This document shows, piece by piece, positions 20,759 through 31,554 of a stretch of DNA of 64,000 bases (its first letter is position 1; each line of letters opens with the position of its first letter). This stretch comes from Gammaproteobacteria bacterium. Lineage in GTDB: Bacteria > Pseudomonadota > Gammaproteobacteria > CBDBNL01 > JAAOII01. Position numbers and translations under genes: made by a program. The notes beneath the pieces were generated by a model that saw nothing but the letters and a program-made list of their open reading frames with translations, made no database searches and had not been told where the DNA came from. The DNA is taken from assembly GCA_965209035.1 (NCBI GenBank), contig OZ242372.1, forward strand, positions 832,001-896,000, in the 5' to 3' direction.

Positions 20759-23023
20759 ATGCTAAACAGAGAATTACGTCGCTCTCTTAAGGAAGCGGAA
20801 AAAATTGCCAACGACCACAGACACTCCTATGTGACTCTGGAGCATCTTTTATACACTCTTTGTTTGACCGAAGATGTGCGCGCCACCCTGGTCAGTTGCG
20901 GTGTCCGGACAGAAGTTCTCCGCAGAGAACTATTCGTCATCATGAACAGTCATCGCTCCGCGGCGGATATCATTGCAGACGGACAATCGGCAAAACCGAA
21001 TAATTCCGTCCGCCGTGTCCTCAGACGCGCGGCCGTCCTCTCCCAAGCGGAAGACGAAAGCGGGCAGCCCGATGTCTGCGGCAACGATGTGCTTCTTTGT
21101 CTTTTTAATGAAGAGGACAGTCATGCGGTTTATCTGCTGCACAAACAAGGGCTGTTTCGTTCGGATGTCCTGTCCTATCTGTCGCAGAACTCGGGCAAAG
21201 TCAATCCGAATCCTTCGTCGCCCGAAGAAGAATTCGGTGAAAGAGAAATACGCATCAGACCGCGCCCTAAAAAGAGTGCGCTGCAACGATTTACTCTAAA
21301 TCTTAATACCATGGCGGAAAACAACCTCCTGGACCCCTTGATAGAACGCGAACAAGAATTGGAATCCGTAATGCACGTTCTTGCCAGACACCGAAAAAAT
21401 AATCCGCTGCTCCTCGGCGACCCCGGCACCGGCAAGACGGCAATCGTACACGGTCTAACCAATGCTCTCCGCAAGGATGCGCCGGAATGGATACGGGGCT
21501 TTCACATGTTCGCCCTGGATGTGGGCGGACTCCTGGCCGGCACCCGTTATCGGGGTGATTTTGAAAAGCGAATGAAAGCATTAATTGACGAATTGGAAAG
21601 CATCGAGAACAGTATCCTGTTCATAGACGAAATTCACACACTGGTAGGGGCCGGTGCCACGAGTTATAACAAAATAGACGCTTCCAATCTGCTCAAGCCC
21701 GCCTTTGCCGGCGGCAATATTCGTTTCATCGGAGCCACCACCTACGAGGAATATCGCACATCCTTCGAGAATGACAAGGCCCTCAATCGCCGATTTCAGC
21801 CGATTCACATCAAAGAACTGGACACCGAAAAAACCGTCAAAGTTCTGGAAGGACTCAAAGGCCAAATTGAAAAATTTCATTCGGTCTCTTTTACCGGGGC
21901 CGCCATCCGGGCCGCCGCAGATCTTTCCGAAGTCCATATCAAAGAAAGACACCAGCCGGACAAGGCTTTGGATGTTCTCGACGAGGCGGGTGCATCATAC
22001 AAAATGCGTCTCAAAAATAAGAAAAATCGCCCCATCGATGTTAAGGACATTCATGCCACTGTAGCCCGAATAACCTCTCTGCCGGTGGAAACGCTCGGCA
22101 GAGACACGCGCACTGTTCTGCGCACCCTGGAACAAAAACTGCGGGCGGAGTTGTTCGGTCAAGAAAATGCCGTCGAACAATTAGTGGCATCCTTAAAACT
22201 GGCAAGATCCGGCCTAACCCCGCCGACACGCCCCCAAGGATCTTATCTTCTGACAGGTCCCACCGGAGTCGGAAAAACCGAAATGTGTCGGCAGCTATCC
22301 GCTCTGACCGGCATCCCCCTCACCAGATTTGACATGTCCGAATATGCCGAAGGACACAGTATCTCGCGTCTTGTCGGCGCGCCGCCGGGCTATATCGGTT
22401 TTGACAAAGGCGGGCTGCTCACCAACGCGGTCCGCAAATCCCCGCACTGTATTGTCTTGTTTGACGAAATAGAAAAAGCACACCCCGACCTCAGTAATAT
22501 CCTGCTTCAGGTAATGGATTACGGCAACCTGACGGACAGTAACGGGGTGCGGACAGACTTCTGCCATAGCATCCTGATTGCAACCACAAATGTCGGCGCC
22601 GAAGCACTCGCAAAAAATAAGGTCGGATTCTCCCGAGCATCCGCCATAGGCGAAGATCGGGCATCCATTAAACAGGCATTCCGACCGGAATTCTTAAATC
22701 GTCTGGACGCCATCATTGACTTTTCACCCTTGTCGTTTGAAGCAATGCTCGGCATTGTTCGCAAGAAAATTAATGTTTTGAGCGAGACCGCCGCAAAACA
22801 AAACATTTGTCTTAAATTCACACCGGGCGTCATAAAATGGCTGGCACGCCGGGGCCACGATAACGCCAACGGAGCCAGGCCATTGGCGCGCCTGATCACA
22901 ACTAAAATTGAAGTCCCTCTTGCCGATATGATCCTATTTGGCGCATTAAAAAACAACAAAGGCGGAACAATTTGGATTGAACTAAAGCAAGATGATATTC
23001 GCTTGAGAGCCGGGGCTGACTAA
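20759..23023 (+). CDS. clpA: ATP-dependent Clp protease ATP-binding subunit ClpA
   Basis: Two AAA modules ([16 protein letters not shown]), AGTRYRGDFEKR, GAPPGYIGF, VGF loop; 754 aa. Confidence 0.93.
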   Translation: MLNRELRRSLKEAEKIANDHRHSYVTLEHLLYTLCLTEDVRATLVSCGVRTEVLRRELFVIMNSHRSAADIIADGQSAKPNNSVRRVLRRAAVLSQAEDESGQPDVCGNDVLLCLFNEEDSHAVYLLHKQGLFRSDVLSYLSQNSGKVNPNPSSPEEEFGEREIRIRPRPKKSALQRFTLNLNTMAENNLLDPLIEREQELESVMHVLARHRKNNPLLLGDPGTGKTAIVHGLTNALRKDAPEWIRGFHMFALDVGGLLAGTRYRGDFEKRMKALIDELESIENSILFIDEIHTLVGAGATSYNKIDASNLLKPAFAGGNIRFIGATTYEEYRTSFENDKALNRRFQPIHIKELDTEKTVKVLEGLKGQIEKFHSVSFTGAAIRAAADLSEVHIKERHQPDKALDVLDEAGASYKMRLKNKKNRPIDVKDIHATVARITSLPVETLGRDTRTVLRTLEQKLRAELFGQENAVEQLVASLKLARSGLTPPTRPQGSYLLTGPTGVGKTEMCRQLSALTGIPLTRFDMSEYAEGHSISRLVGAPPGYIGFDKGGLLTNAVRKSPHCIVLFDEIEKAHPDLSNILLQVMDYGNLTDSNGVRTDFCHSILIATTNVGAEALAKNKVGFSRASAIGEDRASIKQAFRPEFLNRLDAIIDFSPLSFEAMLGIVRKKINVLSETAAKQNICLKFTPGVIKWLARRGHDNANGARPLARLITTKIEVPLADMILFGALKNNKGGTIWIELKQDDIRLRAGAD

Positions 23024-23101
23024 TTAACCACACCGAATCTCCGAACGGCACTATTTCTTTTAACTTCTTTTTCACCCTTTCTTTTTCTTCACCTGTCTTT
23101 C

Positions 23102-24289
23102 ATGCCTGATATCAAAATCAAATTCATGGCACAGGCTTTGGAACTGGCGAAGCGCGGTCTCTTTTCCGCGGACCCTAATCCGCGTGTCGGCTGCATCATT
23201 GTTAAAGAGGATCAAGTCATCGGCAAGGGATATCATCCGCGAGCCGGCGCGCAGCACGCGGAACAGATGGCATTGGCGGCAGCCGGGGCGGGGGCTAAAA
23301 ACTCCGATGTTTATATCACTCTGGAACCCTGTGCCCACCAAGGGCGCACAGAATCTTGCACAAAACTTCTGATCCAAGCCGGGGTGCGAACAGTCTGTGT
23401 GGCCACCGCGGATCCGAATCCTTTGGTGGCGGGAAAAGGACTGGCTATGTTACGGCAAGCGGGCATTAAAGTGGAAACCGGTATTATGGATAAGCCGGCG
23501 CGCGAACTGAATATTGGTTTCATCAACCGCCATCAATTCGGGCGTCCCTGGGTCCGATGCAAAATAGCCATGAGCCTGGACGGAGCCACCTCTCATCCGC
23601 ATACCGCCAATACAAAAAAAGATACACAAAAAGATGCAAGAAAAGACACAAGAAAAGAGAAATGGATCACCGCGCAAGAAGCGCGTTTGAATGTGCATTT
23701 TTGGCGTGCCCGCAGTTCGGCTGTGATTAGTTCCGCCAAAAGTGTGGCGGCGGATCACTCGCGCCTCAATGCGCGACTGCCGTTAACCGATTCCGAACGG
23801 CTGCATCAGCCGCTAAGAATCGTCTTGGACAGCCGGTTTGAACTGCCTCCCAATGCGCTTTTTTTTAAAACTCCCGGCGCAAAACTTTGGGTCGGCGCGG
23901 AAGACACACCGCTACCGCCTCGGGTTCCGGCGGAAACCGAGATGATTCGCCTCCCGACCGAAACAAGCAAAACACAACATATTTCCCTGTCGGCCCTGCT
24001 CAAAGAATTAACCGCGCGCGAAATCAACGAAGTGCTTGTCGAATCCGGGAAAACACTCATTGCTTCTTTTTTCCGGCAGAATTTGGCGGACGAGTTCATC
24101 CTTTATATGGCACCTCATTTTTGGGGTCTGGAGGGTTTTGGAGGGACAGAACAACAAAATATAAACGGGCAATCGTCGCACTCCTCGTCCGGATTCCCGA
24201 TATTTGAATGGAACGACATTCGTTTTTGGGGAAAAGATCTCCGTTTGACCTTGCGTCCCCGGCGCGCAGAAATAACAACGGCAACATGA
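23102..24289 (+). CDS. ribD: Riboflavin biosynthesis deaminase/reductase
   Basis: PNPRVGC, HAE, TLEPCAHQGRT..C, AMSLDG. Confidence 0.95.
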   Translation: MPDIKIKFMAQALELAKRGLFSADPNPRVGCIIVKEDQVIGKGYHPRAGAQHAEQMALAAAGAGAKNSDVYITLEPCAHQGRTESCTKLLIQAGVRTVCVATADPNPLVAGKGLAMLRQAGIKVETGIMDKPARELNIGFINRHQFGRPWVRCKIAMSLDGATSHPHTANTKKDTQKDARKDTRKEKWITAQEARLNVHFWRARSSAVISSAKSVAADHSRLNARLPLTDSERLHQPLRIVLDSRFELPPNALFFKTPGAKLWVGAEDTPLPPRVPAETEMIRLPTETSKTQHISLSALLKELTAREINEVLVESGKTLIASFFRQNLADEFILYMAPHFWGLEGFGGTEQQNINGQSSHSSSGFPIFEWNDIRFWGKDLRLTLRPRRAEITTAT

Positions 24290-26391
24290 TACCCGGCCCG
24301 CACCGCCGCAGACACTCCGTCTGTTTTCTCGCGATTCTCTTTGTTCTTCTGACCCTTGCCGGTTGTGCGACAAAGCCCAAGCAGCCGGATACCGACAAGC
24401 CGGTTATCACCAAAGAACAAAGAAAGAAGCAGGACAGTCTGTTGGTTCAGTTGGAAACTTCTCTGGCGGAAGAGAACACCGCCCGTGCCAAGAGGTTGAT
24501 TGCACAATTGAAAACGAATATCCTCAATAACGAGCAAAAAATTCGCCGTCAGATTGCCATTGCCCAATATTATATTCTTACGAACAATCCACGGATGGCT
24601 ATTCCCATTATGCAAGCGGTGGACGATCCCTTCTTGGCAACAATAAAACGCGAACTCCAAATAAAATGGTTTTTTACCTATGCGGATGTCCTTGATGCCA
24701 ACGACGACCGACGCGGCGCAATCAGAATGCGTCTTCTCACGGATGAGAGATTAAGCCTCGGCGAAAGCGCACCAAATCACCGGCAACTCCGGGCTCTTGC
24801 GGAAAACATCGACATCCGGGAACTGCTAAAAGAAGCCGGCAGGGCCCCGGATTTATACATGCGCGGCTGGTATGATTTTTTTATACTCAAGCACCTGGCA
24901 CCCCGATACGGCAGAGATAATGTAAGAGAATTATGGCAAAAAACATATCACCGCCATCCGGCAAATCGTTACTTGGCAAGAACACCAAAACAACTACCCG
25001 GAAATCCAAAAGAACAGATCACACGGGTAGCATTTCTGCTCCCGTTTAGCGGCATCCTCGCCCCCTATTCCGAGGCAGTATTGCGCGGCTATTCGGACGC
25101 CGCCGCTGAAAATGACCCAACTATTCTCGCCAACCGGTACGACACGGAAAGCGAAGTCAGCATCAACACACTGGCCCGACAGATTCGCGGAGACAACAAT
25201 CAAGCGATTATCGGTCCGCTAAGGCCGCAAATGATCGACCGATTCGCCGCCGCGAATATTGACGAAACATCGCCCGTGTTTCTTCTAAACGAACTGCCGG
25301 TCCGAATGAGGCACCGCAAAAACATACATAGCCTGGCATCGACAGTTGAAAAGAGCATTGCCTTTGCGGCCGGGATGGCTTATGATGACGGCTGTCGGCA
25401 TAATCTGCTCATTGCCGAAGATACAATTCTTGGCGACAGAATGCGAGCCGCCTTGCAAGATGAATGGAGTCTGCAACCGGATGTCACCCGAGTGAAAGAT
25501 ATCACCCTAAGCGAAGACACACCGATTAATCAACAAATATCCGATTTTCTTGAAGTGAACAATGCGGAAGTCGCCGCGACAAAAGATATTTACCGACGTT
25601 ACCTGTTAATTTTGAGCAGGATCGGAGAAAACGAACAAAAACTTGACAACGCTATTCCGGAACACAGGGGAGACGTTGTGCGTATTCCAAACATACTGCC
25701 GGTTGAAAGCAAAAAACTTCTTTTAAGTAAAACGGAGATTGCCTTCCTCGCCCGGGAATATTACGCAAAAAATGAACTTGCCCTTAAAAAAGAAAATAAA
25801 AATGCCAAGAACGCAGATACCGCCGAGATCGAAAAAACGGATGAATATTACAGTAAGTTGACACCGGCAGAACTACTGAATGAGTTTACACACAAAATGG
25901 AAAATTCTTACGATCGCGTCGCCGCCGAATGCATCTTTTTGGCAACGGACAGAGCCACGGCGACAAAAATTCGCCCCTATCTTTCGTTTTACCTGGCAAA
26001 CGACATGCGTGTTTACGGAACTTTTTTGTTGTATGACAGCCGACCGGGCAGCAGCCTTTATGAAGATCTAAATCAGGTGTATTACGGAGAAATGCCGGGA
26101 GTGACGGAAGCATTGGACGAAATCAAAACAAAAGGCGGGGACACTTCCAAACTTCCCGCAAAAGATGCTTATGGCTTGCGTTTTTATGCCCTTGGTCGCG
26201 ATCTTTTTTCAATTGTCAAAGCACAAAATCAACTTTCCTCTCAAAAACCGGCGGATCAACAGCCTATCCACATTATGGGGGAAAGCGGCATCTTGACTTT
26301 GGACGGTCAAAATATTAATTTTCTCGTTCGCCCTTCCGTCTTTGTCCATGGCACGCCTGTCGCACGGCCCGGCAAGAGTGTTTTTCAATAA
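24286..26391 (+). CDS. lpoA: LpoA/LppC-like penicillin-binding protein activator lipoprotein
   Basis: LAGC lipobox, W...Y..HPA, VAFLLPFSG, IIGPL, LRFYALGRD; upstream of yraN as in the yra operon; ATGA overlap with ribD. Confidence 0.75.
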   Translation: MIPGPHRRRHSVCFLAILFVLLTLAGCATKPKQPDTDKPVITKEQRKKQDSLLVQLETSLAEENTARAKRLIAQLKTNILNNEQKIRRQIAIAQYYILTNNPRMAIPIMQAVDDPFLATIKRELQIKWFFTYADVLDANDDRRGAIRMRLLTDERLSLGESAPNHRQLRALAENIDIRELLKEAGRAPDLYMRGWYDFFILKHLAPRYGRDNVRELWQKTYHRHPANRYLARTPKQLPGNPKEQITRVAFLLPFSGILAPYSEAVLRGYSDAAAENDPTILANRYDTESEVSINTLARQIRGDNNQAIIGPLRPQMIDRFAAANIDETSPVFLLNELPVRMRHRKNIHSLASTVEKSIAFAAGMAYDDGCRHNLLIAEDTILGDRMRAALQDEWSLQPDVTRVKDITLSEDTPINQQISDFLEVNNAEVAATKDIYRRYLLILSRIGENEQKLDNAIPEHRGDVVRIPNILPVESKKLLLSKTEIAFLAREYYAKNELALKKENKNAKNADTAEIEKTDEYYSKLTPAELLNEFTHKMENSYDRVAAECIFLATDRATATKIRPYLSFYLANDMRVYGTFLLYDSRPGSSLYEDLNQVYYGEMPGVTEALDEIKTKGGDTSKLPAKDAYGLRFYALGRDLFSIVKAQNQLSSQKPADQQPIHIMGESGILTLDGQNINFLVRPSVFVHGTPVARPGKSVFQ

Positions 26392-26414
26392 TTAAGAGAT
26401 TATCCGGGCATCTT

Positions 26415-26789
26415 ATGAAACTTGCTTTCAATCCCGTAAGAGCCGGTCACCTGGCCGAAGAAACAGCTTCTAATCGCCTTCAAAAAACGGGTCTGCGTCT
26501 TCTCGCGCGCAATTACCGTTGCAGATACGGTGAAACGGATTTGATTATGCGGGACGGGGAAACGCTTGTCTTCATAGAAGTGCGTAAAAGAAGTTCCGAT
26601 GCCTACGGCAGTGCGGCCGCCAGTATTGACAAAGCAAAAATGAAAAAACTGGTTCGCTGTGCCGGCCATTATCTTTCCGTCCATTACGGCGACAACCAGC
26701 CGTTCTGTCGCTTTGATGCGGTCGTTTTGGACGGAAGCGATTTCAACTGGATCAAGAACATCTGCCCGGAAACAGGGGAATTTATTTGA
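26415..26789 (+). CDS. yraN: YraN family endonuclease-like protein (UPF0102)
   Basis: RNYRCRYGETDLIM..LVFIEVRKR, CRFDAV. Confidence 0.93.
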   Translation: MKLAFNPVRAGHLAEETASNRLQKTGLRLLARNYRCRYGETDLIMRDGETLVFIEVRKRSSDAYGSAAASIDKAKMKKLVRCAGHYLSVHYGDNQPFCRFDAVVLDGSDFNWIKNICPETGEFI

Positions 26790-26796
26790 CTGCCGG

Positions 26797-27375
26797 ATGA
26801 CCGTTACCACCAATATTGCCGCCAATTTCTCCGTCTTGTTGCGAAAAAACAGTGGGCTCGCGCTTTGCATTCTCTTGATCGGATGTGCGGGCGTTAGCAA
26901 TCTGCAAGATCCCGCGGTGCGCTCCGGCGGGGTCACTGTTGACGACCGGGCATCCGAATCTCTCTTACGGCGTCATATCATCGCCGAAGGCGACAAACAC
27001 CCCTTGCGCGTGAAAGTCAAGGTGTTTAATCGTTATATTCTCCTTGTCGGCGAAACGGAAACCCTTGCCGTATCGGAAAGTTTGGAAGTCAAAGCGGCCC
27101 AGTTAAAAGGAGTGCGCCGTATTTTTAACCGATTAAAAGTGGAAAATCCGCTACCGAATTACAAAGGCTTTGAAGATCTTATTCTCAATACTCGGGTAGG
27201 CTTCTCCATCAAGAGTATTCAAGAACTGGACGGAGTTCAAATTGAATACATCACGGATCGGAACAGAATTTACCTCATGGGTTTGGTGACGCCCGAGCAA
27301 GCGAACATCACAACAAATGCTCTTAGTAAAATAAAAGGCGTCCAAGAAGTGATCACCCTGTTTGAATATCTGTGA
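26797..27375 (+). CDS. Dual-BON domain lipoprotein (YraP/DolP-like)
   Basis: LIGC lipobox, ILLVGE, GVRRIFNRL, IYLMGLVT, GVQEVITLFEY. Confidence 0.85.
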   Translation: MTVTTNIAANFSVLLRKNSGLALCILLIGCAGVSNLQDPAVRSGGVTVDDRASESLLRRHIIAEGDKHPLRVKVKVFNRYILLVGETETLAVSESLEVKAAQLKGVRRIFNRLKVENPLPNYKGFEDLILNTRVGFSIKSIQELDGVQIEYITDRNRIYLMGLVTPEQANITTNALSKIKGVQEVITLFEYL

Positions 27376-27394
27376 GATCGGCAATCGCCGACAG

Positions 27395-27777
27395 ACCGAT
27401 TGTTTATCCTTGCTTTAGAATTTCCATTTAATATTGCAGCCACCGGAAGGTTTTTGCTCCTTCGCCGGCTGCCGACCGCATAACAATGCGTCCAAAGATG
27501 CCCGCAGATCGCGACCGGTCACCGGGATATGATTGCCGGGACGAGAATCATCCAACTGCCCGCGATAAGCGCACTTAAGATCACCGGCAAAAACATAAAA
27601 ACCCGGCGTGCATGCCACCGGATAGGCGCGTGCCACCTCTTGGGTTTCGTCATACAAATAAGGGAAAGAATAGCCCCGTTCTTTGGCTCGCTCCCTCATT
27701 TTTTCCGGCGCGTCTTCGGGAGACTTGCTCACATCATTCGCGCTAATTGCTATGCATGCCACTCCCCTTTTTTGATA
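27395..27777 (-). pseudogene. Duplicated 3' two-thirds of the redoxin gene plus 20 bp downstream (copy of 28331-28713)
   Basis: Ungapped 383-bp direct repeat at offset 936; lacks the N-terminal CNHCP motif. Confidence 0.9.
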
Positions 27778-27790
27778 AGGAAGACAGCAC

Positions 27791-28246
27791 CTATTGCAAG
27801 TCTTGTAAAAGGGTCTTGAGGGTTTTGGATGAGAAATGGCCAACCAGGGTCATTTCCGGCCTGTACATACCTTGTTTGTCTATGAAGTAAACGCTCGGCG
27901 GCCCCAGGACATCAAAGTGTGCCATGAGTTGTCGGCTGTCGGCATTATTTTTTGTTACATCCGCTTTGATCAAGTTTAACGCATTGAGATCTTCGGCCAG
28001 TTGCCGATTGCCAAATACCCTCTTTTCCAATCTCTTGCAAGTAACACACCACTTGGCTGAGTAGTAAACGAGAGTCGGTTTGCCATTTTTCCGAGATCCT
28101 TGCAGTGTGTTCCGGAAGGTTGCATAGTCGCTGACTTCGGTAAACATCGACAGAGAATCCGCTTTCGCCAAATGGTAATAACCGAAACCCACCGTCAGAG
28201 CAAGACAACAGGCGGCGACAAGGGTTGGTCTGAGTCGCATTAACAC
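27791..28246 (-). CDS. Exported thioredoxin-like protein (DsbD-gamma-like)
   Basis: Signal peptide, YSAKWCVTCK, ADVT, VLGPP. Confidence 0.85.
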   Translation of the reverse strand: MLMRLRPTLVAACCLALTVGFGYYHLAKADSLSMFTEVSDYATFRNTLQGSRKNGKPTLVYYSAKWCVTCKRLEKRVFGNRQLAEDLNALNLIKADVTKNNADSRQLMAHFDVLGPPSVYFIDKQGMYRPEMTLVGHFSSKTLKTLLQDLQ

Positions 28247-28350
28247 ACTCTTTGCGTCCTTATTATTAACCCATTAAATAGCCGCAAGAATAACATACGG
28301 GCCGCTGTCAGTGCGAATAAACGATACACAACCGATTGTTTATCCTTGCT

Positions 28351-28908
28351 TTAGAATTTCCATTTAATATTGCAGCCACCGGAAGGTTTTTGCTCCTTCG
28401 CCGGCTGCCGACCGCTTAACAATGCGTCCAAAGATGCCCGCAGATCGCGACCGGTCACCGGGATATGATTGCCGGGACGAGAATCATCCAACTGCCCGCG
28501 ATAAGCGCACTTAAGATCACCATCAAAAACATAAAAATCCGGCGTGCATGCCGCCAGATAGGCGCGTGCCACCTCTTGGGTTTCGTCATATAAATAAGGG
28601 AACGCATAGCCCCGTTCTTTGGCTCGCTCCCGCATCTTTTCCGGCGCGTCTTCGGGATGACTGCTCACATCATTCGCACTAATTGCTATGAATGCCACTC
28701 CCTGTTTTTGATATTGTTTGGCAATGTTGACCAATTCCTCTTCAATATGAATCACAAAAGGACAGTGATTACAAATAAACATCATCACCGTCGCCTGCGG
28801 CGAACAAAGTTCTGCCAGGCTCTTCGTCTCGCCGGTGACCGTATCCGGCAAAGTGAATGCGGGTGCCTTTGTCTCAAGTGGCATCATTGCGGAAAGTGTC
28901 AAACTCAT
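28351..28908 (-). CDS. Thioredoxin-family redoxin (AhpC/TSA-like)
   Basis: FICNHCPFV, AISAND, ACTPDFY, YRGQLDDSRP, GCNIKW. Confidence 0.92.
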   Translation of the reverse strand: MSLTLSAMMPLETKAPAFTLPDTVTGETKSLAELCSPQATVMMFICNHCPFVIHIEEELVNIAKQYQKQGVAFIAISANDVSSHPEDAPEKMRERAKERGYAFPYLYDETQEVARAYLAACTPDFYVFDGDLKCAYRGQLDDSRPGNHIPVTGRDLRASLDALLSGRQPAKEQKPSGGCNIKWKF

Positions 28909-29024
28909 ACTATGTATTTTACTTTATTTTGTTTTGCTTTGCCTTGTTTTGCTTTGTTTTATAGCTTAATAAAGCAAGCCCGACTTCGGATACTTTTAGT
29001 TAAACAGAATTTCTGCGGGTACAC

Positions 29025-30278
29025 TTACTCTTGCAAAAACCGAAACATTGCGCACCGGACCGCATGCATACCCGGCAACCAAGTATGCAGATGCACATGC
29101 CTGCTCCAAGAAATCGGTAACAGATTAAGAACACGCGCCACGAACTCGCTTTTTTCAAAGTCTCGGGCGGAAACGGTTAACAACTCGGTTCCTTCTTTTT
29201 CAATTAAAAAGTCCGGCTGCGCGCCGGCACGGATCACATAGCCATCGCCCTCTTTTGTCCAATCGGAAAAATCAAAACTTATTGCGTCCCGTTGTCCCTG
29301 CTCGCTTAATTGCTTCTTTAATAAAATCCGCTGACGCGTTCTTTCGCCCACACCCGCAACAGCCAACCAGGGGGTTTTGTTTTCACGCAGAAGTTGCAAT
29401 TTCTGTCTGTATTCAAATCCCTGCCGCAAAAAAATATCCAACAGATCCGATTTCAAGCCAACGCTATTTTGCCAGCCAACGCGATCTTGCCAGCCAACGC
29501 GATCTTGCCAGCCAACGCGATCTTGATAGTCTCGCAGCATTCTTAAAACCTCCGACGACCAGTTATCTCGCCGCCAAAGGTCCGTTTCACAAATCGTCTG
29601 ATCCGGCAACAGATGATACGCCGCCGGGACTAATTGCAACGGCCGGCGATGCGCATGCAATCCGCACAGCATCTGCCAAACAATTTCGGAGCTGCCCGCA
29701 AAGGGTGAGCCAAGCGTGACGACCTTATTAATATTGCCGGCACATTGCGGTCGCCAACCTTCCTTTCTTCTCGCGGATGCAAGATAGCCGGCGGCAAGCA
29801 GCCCGCCCATGGAATGACCGACAAGATTCACCCGATCGGCAACCGAATTCGGGCGAGTTGGAGTTGCATCCTTGTTTCCATTGGCACGCATGTCGTCGCG
29901 ATGCACGCCGCCGCCGCCCAACCGAGTATCTTGCAAAACCGCCTTTATAAAGTCATCCAGTTTGCGCTCTGTCTGTTCCAACGGCATACGCCAATCATAG
30001 GGAAACGGATAAACACCCGTGAGATACCGCAAGTTTACAAACAACTTTCGGTAAACAGCCGGGATAACGGAAAGTGGCAGGATCCTCCCGTCATGCCCGT
30101 CGTTCCCATTATTGCCCCGCAAGTTTAAATACTCGCCCGGATGCGGAATAATCGCCTCCATTTCCGCCGGCTTTGGCTTGAAAAAACTGCGCAGTTCCCA
30201 AATCACTTTTGGCGGCACCTCGTATCTTTGTGCCAAGACAGATGTGGGAAAGCCCGGCAAAATGATCGTAGGGAACAT
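29025..30278 (-). CDS. alpha/beta hydrolase, LCAT/PGAP1-like lipase or acyltransferase
   Basis: IILPG, FPYDWR, LVGHSMGG, TLGSPFAGS, GDGYV. Confidence 0.8.
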   Translation of the reverse strand: MFPTIILPGFPTSVLAQRYEVPPKVIWELRSFFKPKPAEMEAIIPHPGEYLNLRGNNGNDGHDGRILPLSVIPAVYRKLFVNLRYLTGVYPFPYDWRMPLEQTERKLDDFIKAVLQDTRLGGGGVHRDDMRANGNKDATPTRPNSVADRVNLVGHSMGGLLAAGYLASARRKEGWRPQCAGNINKVVTLGSPFAGSSEIVWQMLCGLHAHRRPLQLVPAAYHLLPDQTICETDLWRRDNWSSEVLRMLRDYQDRVGWQDRVGWQDRVGWQNSVGLKSDLLDIFLRQGFEYRQKLQLLRENKTPWLAVAGVGERTRQRILLKKQLSEQGQRDAISFDFSDWTKEGDGYVIRAGAQPDFLIEKEGTELLTVSARDFEKSEFVARVLNLLPISWSRHVHLHTWLPGMHAVRCAMFRFLQE

Positions 30279-30303
30279 TAGGCCGGGTTTAATCTTAGGT
30301 TTG

Positions 30304-30906
30304 TCAAACCGGGTTCTCGGACCTTAAGAGACCAAAATGTGTCTGTCCGTGTCGCCCGGTTTTGAGTGAACAAAGAGAATGACCCGCTTGGTCGGTTAGC
30401 CGGGAGATATCCGGCGGCTCGGCCGCTTCATAGTAAACAAGTCCGCCATCTCTTAAAAGACTCTTGTCCCAAAGAAGTTTCAATGCCGGCTCCAAAAGAT
30501 GATCGGCATAAGGGGGATCCAAAAAAATCAGATCATAATGATGGTTGTGCCGACTGTTCGGTCTCGCTCTACTTAGCCAAGCACGAACATCCGCACAAAA
30601 AACCGATGTGACACGAGAGACGGACAAAACATCCGCCTGCCGCCGCAGCCCGGCACAAAAAGCCGGCGATTTCTCCACCAGCACAAGTTTTTCCGCACCG
30701 CGCGACAATGCCTCCCAGGATAAAGCACCGCTGCCGGCAAACAGATCAAGACAGTGAAACCCGCTTACATCATTGTGTAGCCAATTAAAAAGAGTTTCCC
30801 GCACAATGCTCTGCGTCGGTCGGACAGCATAACGTGCCTTAACCGCCAGCAAACGGCGACCCTTGTGTGAACCACCGGTCAACCGAATGACGGCATCATT
30901 GGGCAT
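30304..30906 (-). CDS. rsmD: 16S rRNA m2G966 methyltransferase
   Basis: RPT...RETLFNWL, LDLFAGSGAL..EALSRGA, IFLDPPY. Confidence 0.93.
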   Translation of the reverse strand: MPNDAVIRLTGGSHKGRRLLAVKARYAVRPTQSIVRETLFNWLHNDVSGFHCLDLFAGSGALSWEALSRGAEKLVLVEKSPAFCAGLRRQADVLSVSRVTSVFCADVRAWLSRARPNSRHNHHYDLIFLDPPYADHLLEPALKLLWDKSLLRDGGLVYYEAAEPPDISRLTDQAGHSLCSLKTGRHGQTHFGLLRSENPV

Positions 30907-31056
30907 TAAAAAACCGGTATCCGCCCGAAGGGCGCCTCAAAAGACGCCTCAACTCAAAAGTGCCTCAAAGGTTGCCTCAAAAGCACCTCAAAGGCCCGGG
31001 GATACAAGTATTGCACAACCGCACTCAACAAAGAGTGCGGATGTACAAATCAATGC

Positions 31057-31512
31057 TCAATAAGAAAGAACAACCGAACGGCGATTCTTCGCCCAGGCAT
31101 CCTCATTGGAAGCGGGATCAGCGGGTCTTAGTTCACCGTAACTTACGGTGGCAAGATTTTCCGCAGGGACACCGCGGACACGCAAATAACGACTGACCGC
31201 TTCGGCCCGTCTGTTACCCAACGCCTGGTTATAGTCTTCCGAGCCACGTTCATCGCAATGACCTTCTACTGTGACCAGCAGGCTCGAGTCTTCTCCTATT
31301 TTGGCTTGAATTGCTTCGGCATGCTGATCCAATGTTGCGAAGTCCGCAGGATCAATATCCGACTTATCAAACTCAAAATAAAAAGTATCTGTCTCCGGAC
31401 CGATCGGTTCTTCTTCCTCCACAGCAACAGGCGAACTTGTGCTGGCACAAGATGCAAGAAAAGCTGCCAAGACCAAAAGTATGAACGGCGCGATAGATTT
31501 AATGTTTTTCAT
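31057..31512 (-). CDS. pal: Peptidoglycan-associated lipoprotein
   Basis: LASC lipobox, YFEFDKS, EGHCDERGSEDYNQALG.RRA, SYGE, NRR. Confidence 0.9.
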   Translation of the reverse strand: MKNIKSIAPFILLVLAAFLASCASTSSPVAVEEEEPIGPETDTFYFEFDKSDIDPADFATLDQHAEAIQAKIGEDSSLLVTVEGHCDERGSEDYNQALGNRRAEAVSRYLRVRGVPAENLATVSYGELRPADPASNEDAWAKNRRSVVLSY

Positions 31513-31554
31513 TGTAGTTACCTCTGTTTTTGATAAAAATAATATTAAAAATTG

